Assembly (NCBI GenBank): GCA_913043225.1 | Contig: CAJWLU010000015.1 | Span: 10,193-74,192, forward strand | Reading direction: 5' to 3' | Length of the DNA: 64,000 nt | From: an uncultured Acidobacteriota bacterium | GTDB lineage: Bacteria > Acidobacteriota > Vicinamibacteria > Vicinamibacterales > UBA8438 | Shown here: positions 1 to 8,746 of the stretch, in pieces | How positions within the stretch are numbered: the first letter of the stretch is position 1 | How the letters are laid out: the number at the start of each line of letters is the position of its first letter | Translations under genes and position numbers: made by a program | The notes under the pieces: model-generated | The model's input: only the letters and a program-made list of their open reading frames with translations | Told to the model about the DNA's origin: nothing | Database searches by the model: none

Positions 1-1254
1 GAGTCTCCCTGGTCTCGTATCGGTTGGCGCAACCTCGGCCGGAACCGCAAGCGCACGGTCCTAACCGCGCTCGGGCTCGCCGTCGGCTTCTTCGCGGTGG
101 TGTTCATCGTTGGCTGGTCGCAGGGCCTGATGGTGGCAATGGTCGAGAGTGCCACCTCGCTCGTCAGCGGCCAGATCGAGATCCACGACGCCGAGTTCCG
201 GCCCGAACGCAGCCTCTACGACACCATCGGCGGTCGGGATGGGACCGACGTAGATGCGATGCTGGCGGCGCTTGACGCTGACCCGGCGGTGGTGGCTGCT
301 GCGCCGCGGGTCTATGCCGGCGGGCTGGTTAGCTCCGGCGACTCGACGTCGGCCGGGATGCTGATGGGCATCGACGTGGCGCGGGAACTCGGACTCACCC
401 GGTTCCTCAACGAGTTGCGCGATGGTGCGCTCCCGGAGGCCGGTCGCAACGAGCTACTGGTGGGCGAGGAGATGGCTCGTCAGCTGTCGGTGGCGCCGGG
501 CGATGAGCTGGTCGTGGTGGCCTCGGGCGCCGACGGCTCGATGGCCAACGACCTGTACACGGTGTCGGGCGTGTTCCGCTCCGGGCTGGTCGAGCTTGAT
601 CTGACCTTCGTGGTACTGCCGATGGGCGACTTGCAGGATCTGGTGGTACTCGACCGGGGACGCATCCACGAGGTGGCGGTGTCGACCGCCGACCCCTGGA
701 TTGCCGAGGCGACGGCCGAGCGGCTGGGCGGCGCGTTTCCCGCCACCGGCCGGCCGCTCGAGGTGGTGCCTTGGCAGGAGCTGAACCCGGCCATGGTCGA
801 ATACGTCGCGCTGGCCGACGCGATGTATTTCGTGATCGTGATCCTGGTGTTCTCCATCGCCATCTTTGGCGTTGCCAACACGATGCTCATGGCGACCTAC
901 GAGCGCCGGCGCGAGTTCGCGGTGATGCTGGCACTAGGCGCCACACCGCGGTCGGTGCGGAGCGTGGTGCTGTACGAGGGGTTGGCCCTAGGGACGCTGA
1001 GCCTCGCCTTGGGTGCGGTCCTGACCTTCCCGTTCATGATCTGGTTCCACGAGGCGCCGCCCGACTTGAGCTGGGCGATGTCAGACGTGACGCTGATGGG
1101 GGCGCTGTTGACCCCCAGCCTGCGGGTCGAGTACGACGTTCCCTTCTGGTGCGGCGCGGCCGCAGCGCTCTTCGTCACGGCACTCCTGGCGGCGCTCTAT
1201 CCGTCGTGGCGGGCCTCGCGTGTCCCGCCGGCCGACACCCTGGCGGGGCTGTAG
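1..1254 (+). CDS. ABC transporter permease, FtsX/LolE/MacB family (5' end outside window)
   Basis: Frame is open from base 1 (ESPWSRIGWRNLGRNRKRTVLT, the typical N-terminus); periplasmic domain, then C-terminal TM helices with ERRREFAVMLALG and AALYPSWRASR. Confidence 0.9.
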   Translation, partial: ESPWSRIGWRNLGRNRKRTVLTALGLAVGFFAVVFIVGWSQGLMVAMVESATSLVSGQIEIHDAEFRPERSLYDTIGGRDGTDVDAMLAALDADPAVVAAAPRVYAGGLVSSGDSTSAGMLMGIDVARELGLTRFLNELRDGALPEAGRNELLVGEEMARQLSVAPGDELVVVASGADGSMANDLYTVSGVFRSGLVELDLTFVVLPMGDLQDLVVLDRGRIHEVAVSTADPWIAEATAERLGGAFPATGRPLEVVPWQELNPAMVEYVALADAMYFVIVILVFSIAIFGVANTMLMATYERRREFAVMLALGATPRSVRSVVLYEGLALGTLSLALGAVLTFPFMIWFHEAPPDLSWAMSDVTLMGALLTPSLRVEYDVPFWCGAAAALFVTALLAALYPSWRASRVPPADTLAGL

Positions 1255-1255
1255 C

Positions 1256-2548
1256 ATGCCGACTCCACGCCGCGCGATGCACACCGGCGTCATCGTCCAA
1301 CTGGCGATGCGGAATCTTCGTCGGCACCTGCGACGCACCATCCTCACCGCCCTCGTGATGGTCCTCGGCGGGGGGCTGCTGATCTTCGCCTTCAGCCTCG
1401 GTGACGGGACCCACGAGAACTGGATCGATTCAGGCGTGCGTACTTCCACCGGGCACGTCACCGTCCAGCAGCCGGAGTTCCAGACCAGCCGCAAGATTGA
1501 GCACCGGTTGCCGGCTGATATCCGGAAGCGAGCCGAGACCGTTCTCATCTCGGGGGAGCTCACTGATCAGGTGGTGGCTGTGTCGTCTCGGCTTAGCCTG
1601 AGCGCGCTGGCTAGCTCGGCGGCCGGCGCCCGCCCGGCCCAGATCCTGGCGGTGGATCCGGTGGCCGAGTCAGCGTTCAGCACGCTCGACGAGCAGGTCG
1701 TTGAGGGCCGCTATCTCGAACCAGATGACCGGCTGGCCGCCTACATCGGTGTGGGGCTGGCGGAGAGTCTTGAGCTGAATCTGGGGGCCCGGATGGTGGT
1801 GCAGGCGCAGGACGCCGACGGGGAGATCAGCGGGCAGCTGCTCCGCGTGGTCGGCATCTTCCGCAACGGTGTGCCTGAGGTCGATCAGGGCACCGTCCAC
1901 ATTCCGCTCGGTATCGCCGGCGAGTGGCTCGGCTCGGGCGAGGACGTCACGAATGTTGGTGTGGTGTTGGCCGACAGCGCGGCGGCGCCGGCCGTCACCG
2001 CCTCGGTGGAGCGGGCGTTGTCCGAGCCGATCGGCCGCGGCGAGGCTCGGGTGATCGGATGGCGCGAGGCGAACCCGGCACTAGCGGCGGCGGTGGCGAT
2101 CGACGACTTCGGCAACTACGTCATCTTCGGCATTCTGTTTCTGATTATCGCCTTCGGCATCGTCAACACCGTGCTGATGTCGGTGCTGCACCGGCATCGT
2201 GAGTTCGGGGTGCTGCAGGCGCTTGGACTGACGCCGGGGCAGACCGGGGCCGTGGTGCTGATTGAGGGGCTGACGCTCACCGCGATGAGCGGTTTCATCG
2301 GGGTGACTCTCGGCGGGCTACTCACCTGGTACTTCTTCGGCGATGGGCTCGATTTCTCGGTGCTGATAGGAGAAGAGATGACCTTCTCTGGCGTGGTCAT
2401 CGACCCGGTGATGGTGCCCCAGTTCCGCCCTGCCCGTCTGGCGCAGACTCTAGCGTTCATCCTGTTTATCGGCGCTGTCGCGTCGGTGTATCCCGCCCTC
2501 CGCGCGATGAAACTCGACGTTGCCGAGGCGATGAAGTTCGACCGATGA
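1256..2548 (+). CDS. ABC transporter permease, FtsX/LolE family
   Basis: MRNLRRHLRRTILT, HRHREFGVLQALG and SVYPALRAMKL motifs; ATG lies 1 nt after the upstream stop (alternative start 1277). Confidence 0.9.
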   Translation: MPTPRRAMHTGVIVQLAMRNLRRHLRRTILTALVMVLGGGLLIFAFSLGDGTHENWIDSGVRTSTGHVTVQQPEFQTSRKIEHRLPADIRKRAETVLISGELTDQVVAVSSRLSLSALASSAAGARPAQILAVDPVAESAFSTLDEQVVEGRYLEPDDRLAAYIGVGLAESLELNLGARMVVQAQDADGEISGQLLRVVGIFRNGVPEVDQGTVHIPLGIAGEWLGSGEDVTNVGVVLADSAAAPAVTASVERALSEPIGRGEARVIGWREANPALAAAVAIDDFGNYVIFGILFLIIAFGIVNTVLMSVLHRHREFGVLQALGLTPGQTGAVVLIEGLTLTAMSGFIGVTLGGLLTWYFFGDGLDFSVLIGEEMTFSGVVIDPVMVPQFRPARLAQTLAFILFIGAVASVYPALRAMKLDVAEAMKFDR

Positions 2549-3249
2549 CGACACCCGATACCCTTGCCGTCGAGACCGAACACCTCTGGAAGACCTACAC
2601 GCAGGAGGCCGAGGAGGTGCACGCCGTGCACGACGTGTCACTGACCGTCGAGCGCGGTGAGTTTACTGCTTTGGCCGGTCCGTCTGGTTCGGGCAAGACC
2701 ACGCTGCTGAACGTCATCGGCGGGCTGACCAGGCCCACCAGCGGCAAGATCCGGGTGGCCGGGCAAGAGCTCACCGACATGTCGAATCAGGAGCTGGCCG
2801 AGCTGCGGCTCGATCAGGTTGGGTTCGTCTTCCAGGCCTACAATTTGCTGCCGGTGCTCACCGCGATGGAGAACGCCGAGTTCCCGATGCTGCTGCAGGC
2901 CGTCGACGCTGCTGAGCGGCGCGCTCGGGTCCAGGCGCTCTTCGAGCGCACCGGCATGGTGGGGTTGGAAGACCGGCGACCAGGGAAGCTGTCGGGTGGG
3001 CAGCAGCAACGGGTGGCGGTGGTGCGGGCGGTGGCGAGCAAGCCGGCGCTGGTGCTGGCCGACGAGCCGACCGCGAATCTCGATTCGGCCGCCAGCGCGG
3101 CGCTGCTCGACATGATGGTGGAGCTGAACAACGACCTGGGCGTGACGTTCGTTTTTGCCACCCACGACGCTCGGGTGATGGAGCGCTCGCGCCGGCTGGT
3201 GCAGATGGTCGACGGCCGGGTCGATTCAGACGAGATCTGCGCTGTATGA
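2545..3249 (+). CDS. ABC transporter ATP-binding protein, LolD/MacB-like
   Basis: Walker A GPSGSGKT, LSGGQQQR, LADEPTANLD, THD; ATGA overlap with the permease. Confidence 0.95.
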   Translation: MTTPDTLAVETEHLWKTYTQEAEEVHAVHDVSLTVERGEFTALAGPSGSGKTTLLNVIGGLTRPTSGKIRVAGQELTDMSNQELAELRLDQVGFVFQAYNLLPVLTAMENAEFPMLLQAVDAAERRARVQALFERTGMVGLEDRRPGKLSGGQQQRVAVVRAVASKPALVLADEPTANLDSAASAALLDMMVELNNDLGVTFVFATHDARVMERSRRLVQMVDGRVDSDEICAV

Positions 3250-4433
3250 CGAGCCGCGTCGTCCGCGGGCTGCTCCTCGCCGGCCTGGTGCTGGGCGGCG
3301 CGTTGCCAGCCGCGGCGCAGACGTCGTGGCTTTCGGGTTATCTCCAGACGGTTCCCTTCTTTAGCGCGTCCACCGAGATCTCGCCATCGAACGTGGCCGA
3401 CTTCAGCAGGCTCCGGCTGTCGATGGAGCCGTCCCTGGGGCCGCTGTCGTTCGAGGTGGCCTATGAACATGCTGCCACGGCGCAGCAGCGAAACAGCCGC
3501 GCCGGGTTCGGTCTGGGTGCCGTCCCCAGCGGGGGCGAGTGGTTCGACCTGGACTGGACCATTACCGAAGGGGACCACGTGCGCTGGCGCCATCGGTTCG
3601 ACCGGCTGGCGGTCGCGTGGCGACCGGTCGGGGCGGTTGAGGTGACCGTGGGTCGGCAGGCGGTCTCCTGGGGCACGACCCTTTTCTTGACACCGGCCGA
3701 CCCGTTTCTGCCGTTCAACCCCGCCGATCCCTTTCGCCAGTTCCGCGGTGGGGTCGACGCGATGCGTGCGCGGATCTACCCCGGGCCACTCAGTCAGATC
3801 GATCTGGTGGTGCGGCCCAGCGACACCCTGCTCGGTGAGGAGGTTACCGCGCTGGGACGAGGACTGACGTCGATCGGGACCTGGGAGGTCTCCGGTTGGG
3901 CCGGCACGCTCTACGGTGACACGGCTGGCGCCGGGGCGTTCGCGGGCGGTATCGGCGCCTGGGCCGTGCGCGGCGAAGGCGTACTCCGCGAGGTCGACGG
4001 GCTGGTCGTGTTCCGTGGCACCCTTGGTATCGACCGGATCGTGCAGCTGGGCGGACGCGATCTGTTCCTGGTAGCTGAGTATCAGCGGGACAACCTAGCC
4101 GCCGCCGGGCCGGACGGCTATCTCGCGTTGGTACAGTCTGCCCCGTTCCGCCGTGGCGAGTTCCAGGTGCTAGGGCGTGACGAGACGGCGATCCAGGCGT
4201 CCTACCAGGTGCACCCCCTCTGGGCTGTCGCCGGGCTGTGGCTGGTGAACCTGAACGATGGGAGCGCCCTCATTTCGCCCAGTGTTTCCTATTCAGCGTC
4301 GAACGACGTCTCGGTGGGCGCCGGTCTGTACTTCGGTATGGGGAACGACGAGATTACGCCGCTCCGTCCCGTACCGTCCGAGTATGGCCTGGCGGGTCAG
4401 ACCGGTTACATTTCCCTCGCCTGGTTCTTCTAG
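3246..4433 (+). CDS. Probable outer-membrane beta-barrel protein associated with the ABC system
   Basis: Signal peptide (AAA-Q), amphipathic strands, VGRQAVSWG motif, C-terminal aromatic YISLAWFF; ATGA overlap. Confidence 0.65.
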   Translation: MTSRVVRGLLLAGLVLGGALPAAAQTSWLSGYLQTVPFFSASTEISPSNVADFSRLRLSMEPSLGPLSFEVAYEHAATAQQRNSRAGFGLGAVPSGGEWFDLDWTITEGDHVRWRHRFDRLAVAWRPVGAVEVTVGRQAVSWGTTLFLTPADPFLPFNPADPFRQFRGGVDAMRARIYPGPLSQIDLVVRPSDTLLGEEVTALGRGLTSIGTWEVSGWAGTLYGDTAGAGAFAGGIGAWAVRGEGVLREVDGLVVFRGTLGIDRIVQLGGRDLFLVAEYQRDNLAAAGPDGYLALVQSAPFRRGEFQVLGRDETAIQASYQVHPLWAVAGLWLVNLNDGSALISPSVSYSASNDVSVGAGLYFGMGNDEITPLRPVPSEYGLAGQTGYISLAWFF

Positions 4434-4530
4434 GTTTCCTGACAAGCCGTCCGTTTGGTCGGCGTTGCTTTGTTGGTCACAGGCTCCCGCGCCCTCGGCC
4501 GCCTACCGGTACTTGTATCCTGTTGGACCA

Positions 4531-5496
4531 ATGTCGTCCTTAGCGGGCCAGTCCTGGCGTGCCCGACTCCGCACCGAAGAGTTCCTGTTTCTGCTGCTCT
4601 TTATCCCTTCGAGCATCGTTACCGTCTGGGCGAACTATGACCTGTATGCGGGTGGGGTCGATTCTCGCCGTATCCAGGGGGGGCTCCTGCGCCTGGCGAT
4701 CGTAGTGCTGCTCGCCATGATTGTCCCGACACTCGACCGCTGGCGGCATCGGCTGCCGTACGGGACCGGCCGCAGCACGGTCGATTTCTTTCGTACGTTT
4801 CTGCCCTTTGTGTTCTGTGTGGCCGTGTACACCAACCTCCATGACACGGTGCGATGGATCAACCCGAACGATATCCATGGGCAGTTGATGCAACTTGAGC
4901 AGTGGCTGTTCGGGTTCCAGCCGGTCGTGTGGGCGGAGCAGTTCATTACCCCGGCGCGCACCGAGTTCTTCAGCTTCTTCTACACGAATTTCTTCGCGCT
5001 GACGGTGGCGGTGTCGAGCGTGCTCTGGGCGCTAGGCCGGCGGCAGCAGTCCAGAGAGACGCTGCTGGGGATCGTGGTCTGCTTCTATTCGGGCTACATC
5101 CTCTATCTCATCTTTCCGGCTGCTCCGCCACGTCTCTACTACGAGGCGATGGGTATGTTCTCGGTCGACCTGGGCGGTGGCGCCATCGCCAGTTTCCAGA
5201 ACGCCCTGATCGCGTTGATGCCCAACGAGGCGTCGCGCGCCGCGTTCCCGAGTCTTCACACCGCCGTCAGTTTCGTGGTGCTCGGCTACGCCTGGAAGTT
5301 CTGCCGTTGGTTGTTCCCGATCCTGCTGGTGTTTGTGCTCGGCTTGCTGGTTTCGACGGTGTACCTCCGTCACCACTACGTTGTGGACCTAATTGCGGGT
5401 GCGATGATGATTCCCTGGGTGTTCTGGGTGACCCCGCGCATTGACCGGTGGTGGAACCGCTCGGCTAGACCCTACGACCTCGGCGAGCGTCCCTAG
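4531..5496 (+). CDS. PAP2-superfamily membrane protein (Aur1/IPC-synthase-like, PAP2_3)
   Basis: PAAPPR, AAFPSLHTA and STVYLRHHYVVDLIAG motifs; several TM helices; start reassigned to ATG 4531. Confidence 0.8.
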   Translation: MSSLAGQSWRARLRTEEFLFLLLFIPSSIVTVWANYDLYAGGVDSRRIQGGLLRLAIVVLLAMIVPTLDRWRHRLPYGTGRSTVDFFRTFLPFVFCVAVYTNLHDTVRWINPNDIHGQLMQLEQWLFGFQPVVWAEQFITPARTEFFSFFYTNFFALTVAVSSVLWALGRRQQSRETLLGIVVCFYSGYILYLIFPAAPPRLYYEAMGMFSVDLGGGAIASFQNALIALMPNEASRAAFPSLHTAVSFVVLGYAWKFCRWLFPILLVFVLGLLVSTVYLRHHYVVDLIAGAMMIPWVFWVTPRIDRWWNRSARPYDLGERP

Positions 5497-5560
5497 TGCG
5501 CCGGACCAGCCAAGACGTGGTACTGTCTGAGCGTCCTTTTCATGTAGAGGTACTGGCCCA

Positions 5561-6541
5561 ATGACCACTCGACTGACCGCGTTCGCCGCCGTGGCCGCGC
5601 TCGCGCTGCCCCTGTTTGCCGTTGCTCAAGAGCTCCGGACGCCCCACGGGCACCCGGACATCAGTGGGGTCTGGGACTTCCGGACCGTGACACCGCTCGA
5701 GCGGCCCGAGGAGTTTGCCGATCAGGAGTTCCTCTCGGCCGAGGAGGTGGCCCAGTACGCGGCTGAGCGTGTCCGGGCCAACAACGCCGACCTCGATCGC
5801 GAGGAGAAGAAGCAGATCACGACCGCCCGAGGAGAGGTGAATGGCACCACCGAGACCCGCGATCTTGCTCTGGCCTACAACGACTTCTGGTGGGATCGGG
5901 GCACCGAGGTGGTCGACACCCGCCGGACGTCACTTGTCATCGATCCGCCGAACGGCCGGATTCCGGAGTTGACCGCCGAGGGCGCAGCTCGCCGGGCCGA
6001 ACGCACGCGGATCAACCAGCGTCCGACTGAGGGGCCGGAAGACCGTCCCCTGGGCGAGCGGTGCATCACCGGGTTCAACTCGGGTCCGCCGATGCTGCCC
6101 GCTGCCTACAATATGAACGTGCAAATCTTCCAGACGCCAGACCACGTGGTGCTGCTGAACGAGATGGTGCATAACGCCCGGGTTATCCCGCTCGGTGGCG
6201 GCGATCACGCCGGCGTGCCGCTCTGGACTGGCGAGTCGCGTGGCCGCTGGGAAGGTGACACCCTGGTGGTCGAGACCAAGAACTTCCTGCGCGAGACTAG
6301 CTTCCGCGACTCGACCAAGAACCTCCACCTCGTCGAGCGGATTACACGGCAGGACGACGAGACCCTGATCTACGAGTTCACCGTGACCGATCCGTCGACG
6401 TGGACGGTGCCCTGGACGGTCGAGTTGCCTATGCGGAAAAGCGATCTGCCGATGTACGAGTACGCCTGCCATGAGGGTAACTACGGCATGGACGGGACGC
6501 TGACCGGCGCCCGCGCCATCGAAAAGAATCAGGGGCAGTAG
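5561..6541 (+). CDS. Exported conserved hypothetical protein ('PDLxGxW' family)
   Basis: Signal peptide; GHPDISGVW, ERCITG, GRWEGDTLVVET, YEYACHEGN; paralogue of 50681..51571. Confidence 0.8.
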   Translation: MTTRLTAFAAVAALALPLFAVAQELRTPHGHPDISGVWDFRTVTPLERPEEFADQEFLSAEEVAQYAAERVRANNADLDREEKKQITTARGEVNGTTETRDLALAYNDFWWDRGTEVVDTRRTSLVIDPPNGRIPELTAEGAARRAERTRINQRPTEGPEDRPLGERCITGFNSGPPMLPAAYNMNVQIFQTPDHVVLLNEMVHNARVIPLGGGDHAGVPLWTGESRGRWEGDTLVVETKNFLRETSFRDSTKNLHLVERITRQDDETLIYEFTVTDPSTWTVPWTVELPMRKSDLPMYEYACHEGNYGMDGTLTGARAIEKNQGQ

Positions 6542-6631
6542 CTGGCTCCGAAGTCCGGACGGCGTTCGCCGTCCAACCGTGCCGGGTCTTCCGACACAGT
6601 TGGGCGGCGGCCCGCCGTTATCACCTGGGGT

Positions 6632-7426
6632 GTGCCTCTCGTGGTCGGCGCCCTGCTGGTCGGCACGCTCTGGACCATCCGTTCATCTTCTCCCTCGCCC
6701 TCGGTCTCATCAGAACAGCGCGTGGCGCCCGCTGTTGTCCGTAGCCTCCGGGTGAACGTCGAGCGGAAGATCCCCCACGACACCGAAGCCTTCACGCAGG
6801 GGTTAGTGTGGGAGAACGGCGTGCTCTTCGAGAGTACGGGACTCCGAGGAGAGTCCGACCTCCGGCGCGTCGATCCCGCCACTGGTGAGGTGCAGGCGCT
6901 CGTCACCATCGAGGAGCGGTACTTTGCCGAGGGCCTCGCGCTGGTCGACGATCGCCTCATCATGATCACGCTCGACGAGGAGGAGGCGTTCGTCTTCGAT
7001 CCGAACACACTCGAGCGGGTGAGTACGTTCAGTTACGAGGGCGCCGGGTGGGGGCTATGCTACGACGGCCAGCGCCTGGTGATGACCGATGGCGGCGACA
7101 GGCTGACGTTTCGCGATCCAGAGACGTTCGCGGACCTGGGCAGCGTGCAGGTCCGGCTGCGGGGACAACCGCTGCGTGAACTGAACGAACTCGAGTGCGT
7201 GGGCGGTGCCGTCTATGCCAATGTCTGGGGCGAGGAATATCTGGTCCGCGTGGATCCCGACACCGGTCGGGTGACCCACCAGATCGACGCCTCGGGGCTG
7301 CTTTCTCCAGAAGAGCGCTCCGGCGCGGACGTACTCAACGGGATTGCCTGGAATCCGGAGCGCGAGACCTTCTACATCACCGGCAAGTGGTGGCCGACGA
7401 TGTTCGAGGTCACGTTCGAGGAATAG
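6632..7426 (+). CDS. Glutaminyl-peptide cyclotransferase (plant/bacterial beta-propeller type)
   Basis: HDTEAFTQGL, ESTGLRGES, FAEGLA, GWGLC, LNELE, ANVW, VLNGIAW, TGKWW. Confidence 0.9.
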   Translation: MPLVVGALLVGTLWTIRSSSPSPSVSSEQRVAPAVVRSLRVNVERKIPHDTEAFTQGLVWENGVLFESTGLRGESDLRRVDPATGEVQALVTIEERYFAEGLALVDDRLIMITLDEEEAFVFDPNTLERVSTFSYEGAGWGLCYDGQRLVMTDGGDRLTFRDPETFADLGSVQVRLRGQPLRELNELECVGGAVYANVWGEEYLVRVDPDTGRVTHQIDASGLLSPEERSGADVLNGIAWNPERETFYITGKWWPTMFEVTFEE

Positions 7427-7431
7427 GGGGC

Positions 7432-8721
7432 CTATTGGCGCTCGGCCACTAGGCGCCGCATCAGCTCGATGGTGTGCGTCGGGGCCTCATATTCCGCTTC
7501 GCCGAGAGGGGTGCGCCCGTGATGGTCCAGCGCTTCGAGATCCGCGCCAGCTTGCACCAGGAACTCTACCGTCTCGTCCTCACCGAACCGGATGGAGATG
7601 TGCAGCGCGCTCGGTTGGCCGGCCGGAGTGACATTTACGTCCAGCCCGAGTTCGGTGACCGCGAGCACCACCGCCTCGTGCTCACGGCTGCGCGAGGCCA
7701 GCAGCACCGCCCCCGCGCCTTCGTTCGAGAGGGCCGAGGCCTCGGCGCCCAACTGGGCCAGCGTTCGCATCGTCTCGGTGTGACCCGCAAGCGCCGCCGT
7801 TAGGAACGGGGTCAGCCCGCTCGTGCGGCGAGCCGCGTTCCCGGTCGGTGCCCCGCTGGTTCTACTCTGGAGGTCAGCGCCTCGCGACACCAGTTCCTCG
7901 ACAAGATCGGTTTTGCCTTGCCGTGCGGCGGCATGCAGCGGAGTCGCGCCCTGATCATCGCGGGTCTGCACGTCGGCACCCTGGTCGAGCATCAGGGTCA
8001 CCACCTCGTCGTGGCCGCCCGCCAAGGCCAGCAGGAACGGCGTTTGTCCGTCGGGTGCCGCCACGTGCGGGTCGGCGCCGGCCGCGATTAGCGCGCGGGT
8101 CGCGGCGGCGTCGCCCTGCCGGGCCGCGAACAGGATGGGGAGGAACCCGCTGGTCGAACTGGCGTCCACCTGAGCGTCTCGGCGGATCAGGAGCGTTGCG
8201 ACGTCGGAGTGTCCGCTTGCGATGGCCCACATCAGTGCGGTCTGGCCCATCCGCGTTTCGCGGGCGTTTACGTCGGCGCCGGCATCGACGAGAAGTTCCG
8301 TCAACTCGGCGTTGCCGCTCCTGGCGGCGGCGAGTAGCGGCGTGTCGCCGCTCCAGCGCGCCACGTCGATGCGCGCGCCGGCGTCGAGCAGTTGGCGGGC
8401 GATGGCGAGATTGCCACGGGCGCTGGCCAGCAGCAGTGGGGTTTCGCCATTCTCGTCCGCGGCGTTCGGATCGGCACCAGCTTCCAGCAGTGCGTTGGCG
8501 ATCGCGACGTCGTCGCGTAGCGACGCCCAGGCCAGAGGGGTGGAGCCGTCCGACCGAGTCACGTTGACGTCGACGCCGTCGGCCAGCAGCCGGCTCACCG
8601 CGGCGATGTCCCGGCGCTGCACCGCGTCGAAGAGCGGGTCGAGGGCCGTTTGTGCACGCAGGGCTCCGGCCGTCAGATGGGCGACCGCGCACGTCGCCAG
8701 GAGCGCGCTAAGGCGTCGCAT
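7432..8721 (-). CDS. Exported ankyrin-repeat protein
   Basis: About ten GxTPL...A...G ankyrin repeats; signal peptide from MRRLSALLAT (start reassigned to 8721). Confidence 0.9.
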   Translation of the reverse strand: MRRLSALLATCAVAHLTAGALRAQTALDPLFDAVQRRDIAAVSRLLADGVDVNVTRSDGSTPLAWASLRDDVAIANALLEAGADPNAADENGETPLLLASARGNLAIARQLLDAGARIDVARWSGDTPLLAAARSGNAELTELLVDAGADVNARETRMGQTALMWAIASGHSDVATLLIRRDAQVDASSTSGFLPILFAARQGDAAATRALIAAGADPHVAAPDGQTPFLLALAGGHDEVVTLMLDQGADVQTRDDQGATPLHAAARQGKTDLVEELVSRGADLQSRTSGAPTGNAARRTSGLTPFLTAALAGHTETMRTLAQLGAEASALSNEGAGAVLLASRSREHEAVVLAVTELGLDVNVTPAGQPSALHISIRFGEDETVEFLVQAGADLEALDHHGRTPLGEAEYEAPTHTIELMRRLVAERQ

Positions 8722-8746
8722 GGTGCAATGGTAAACTGTCCGTCCA

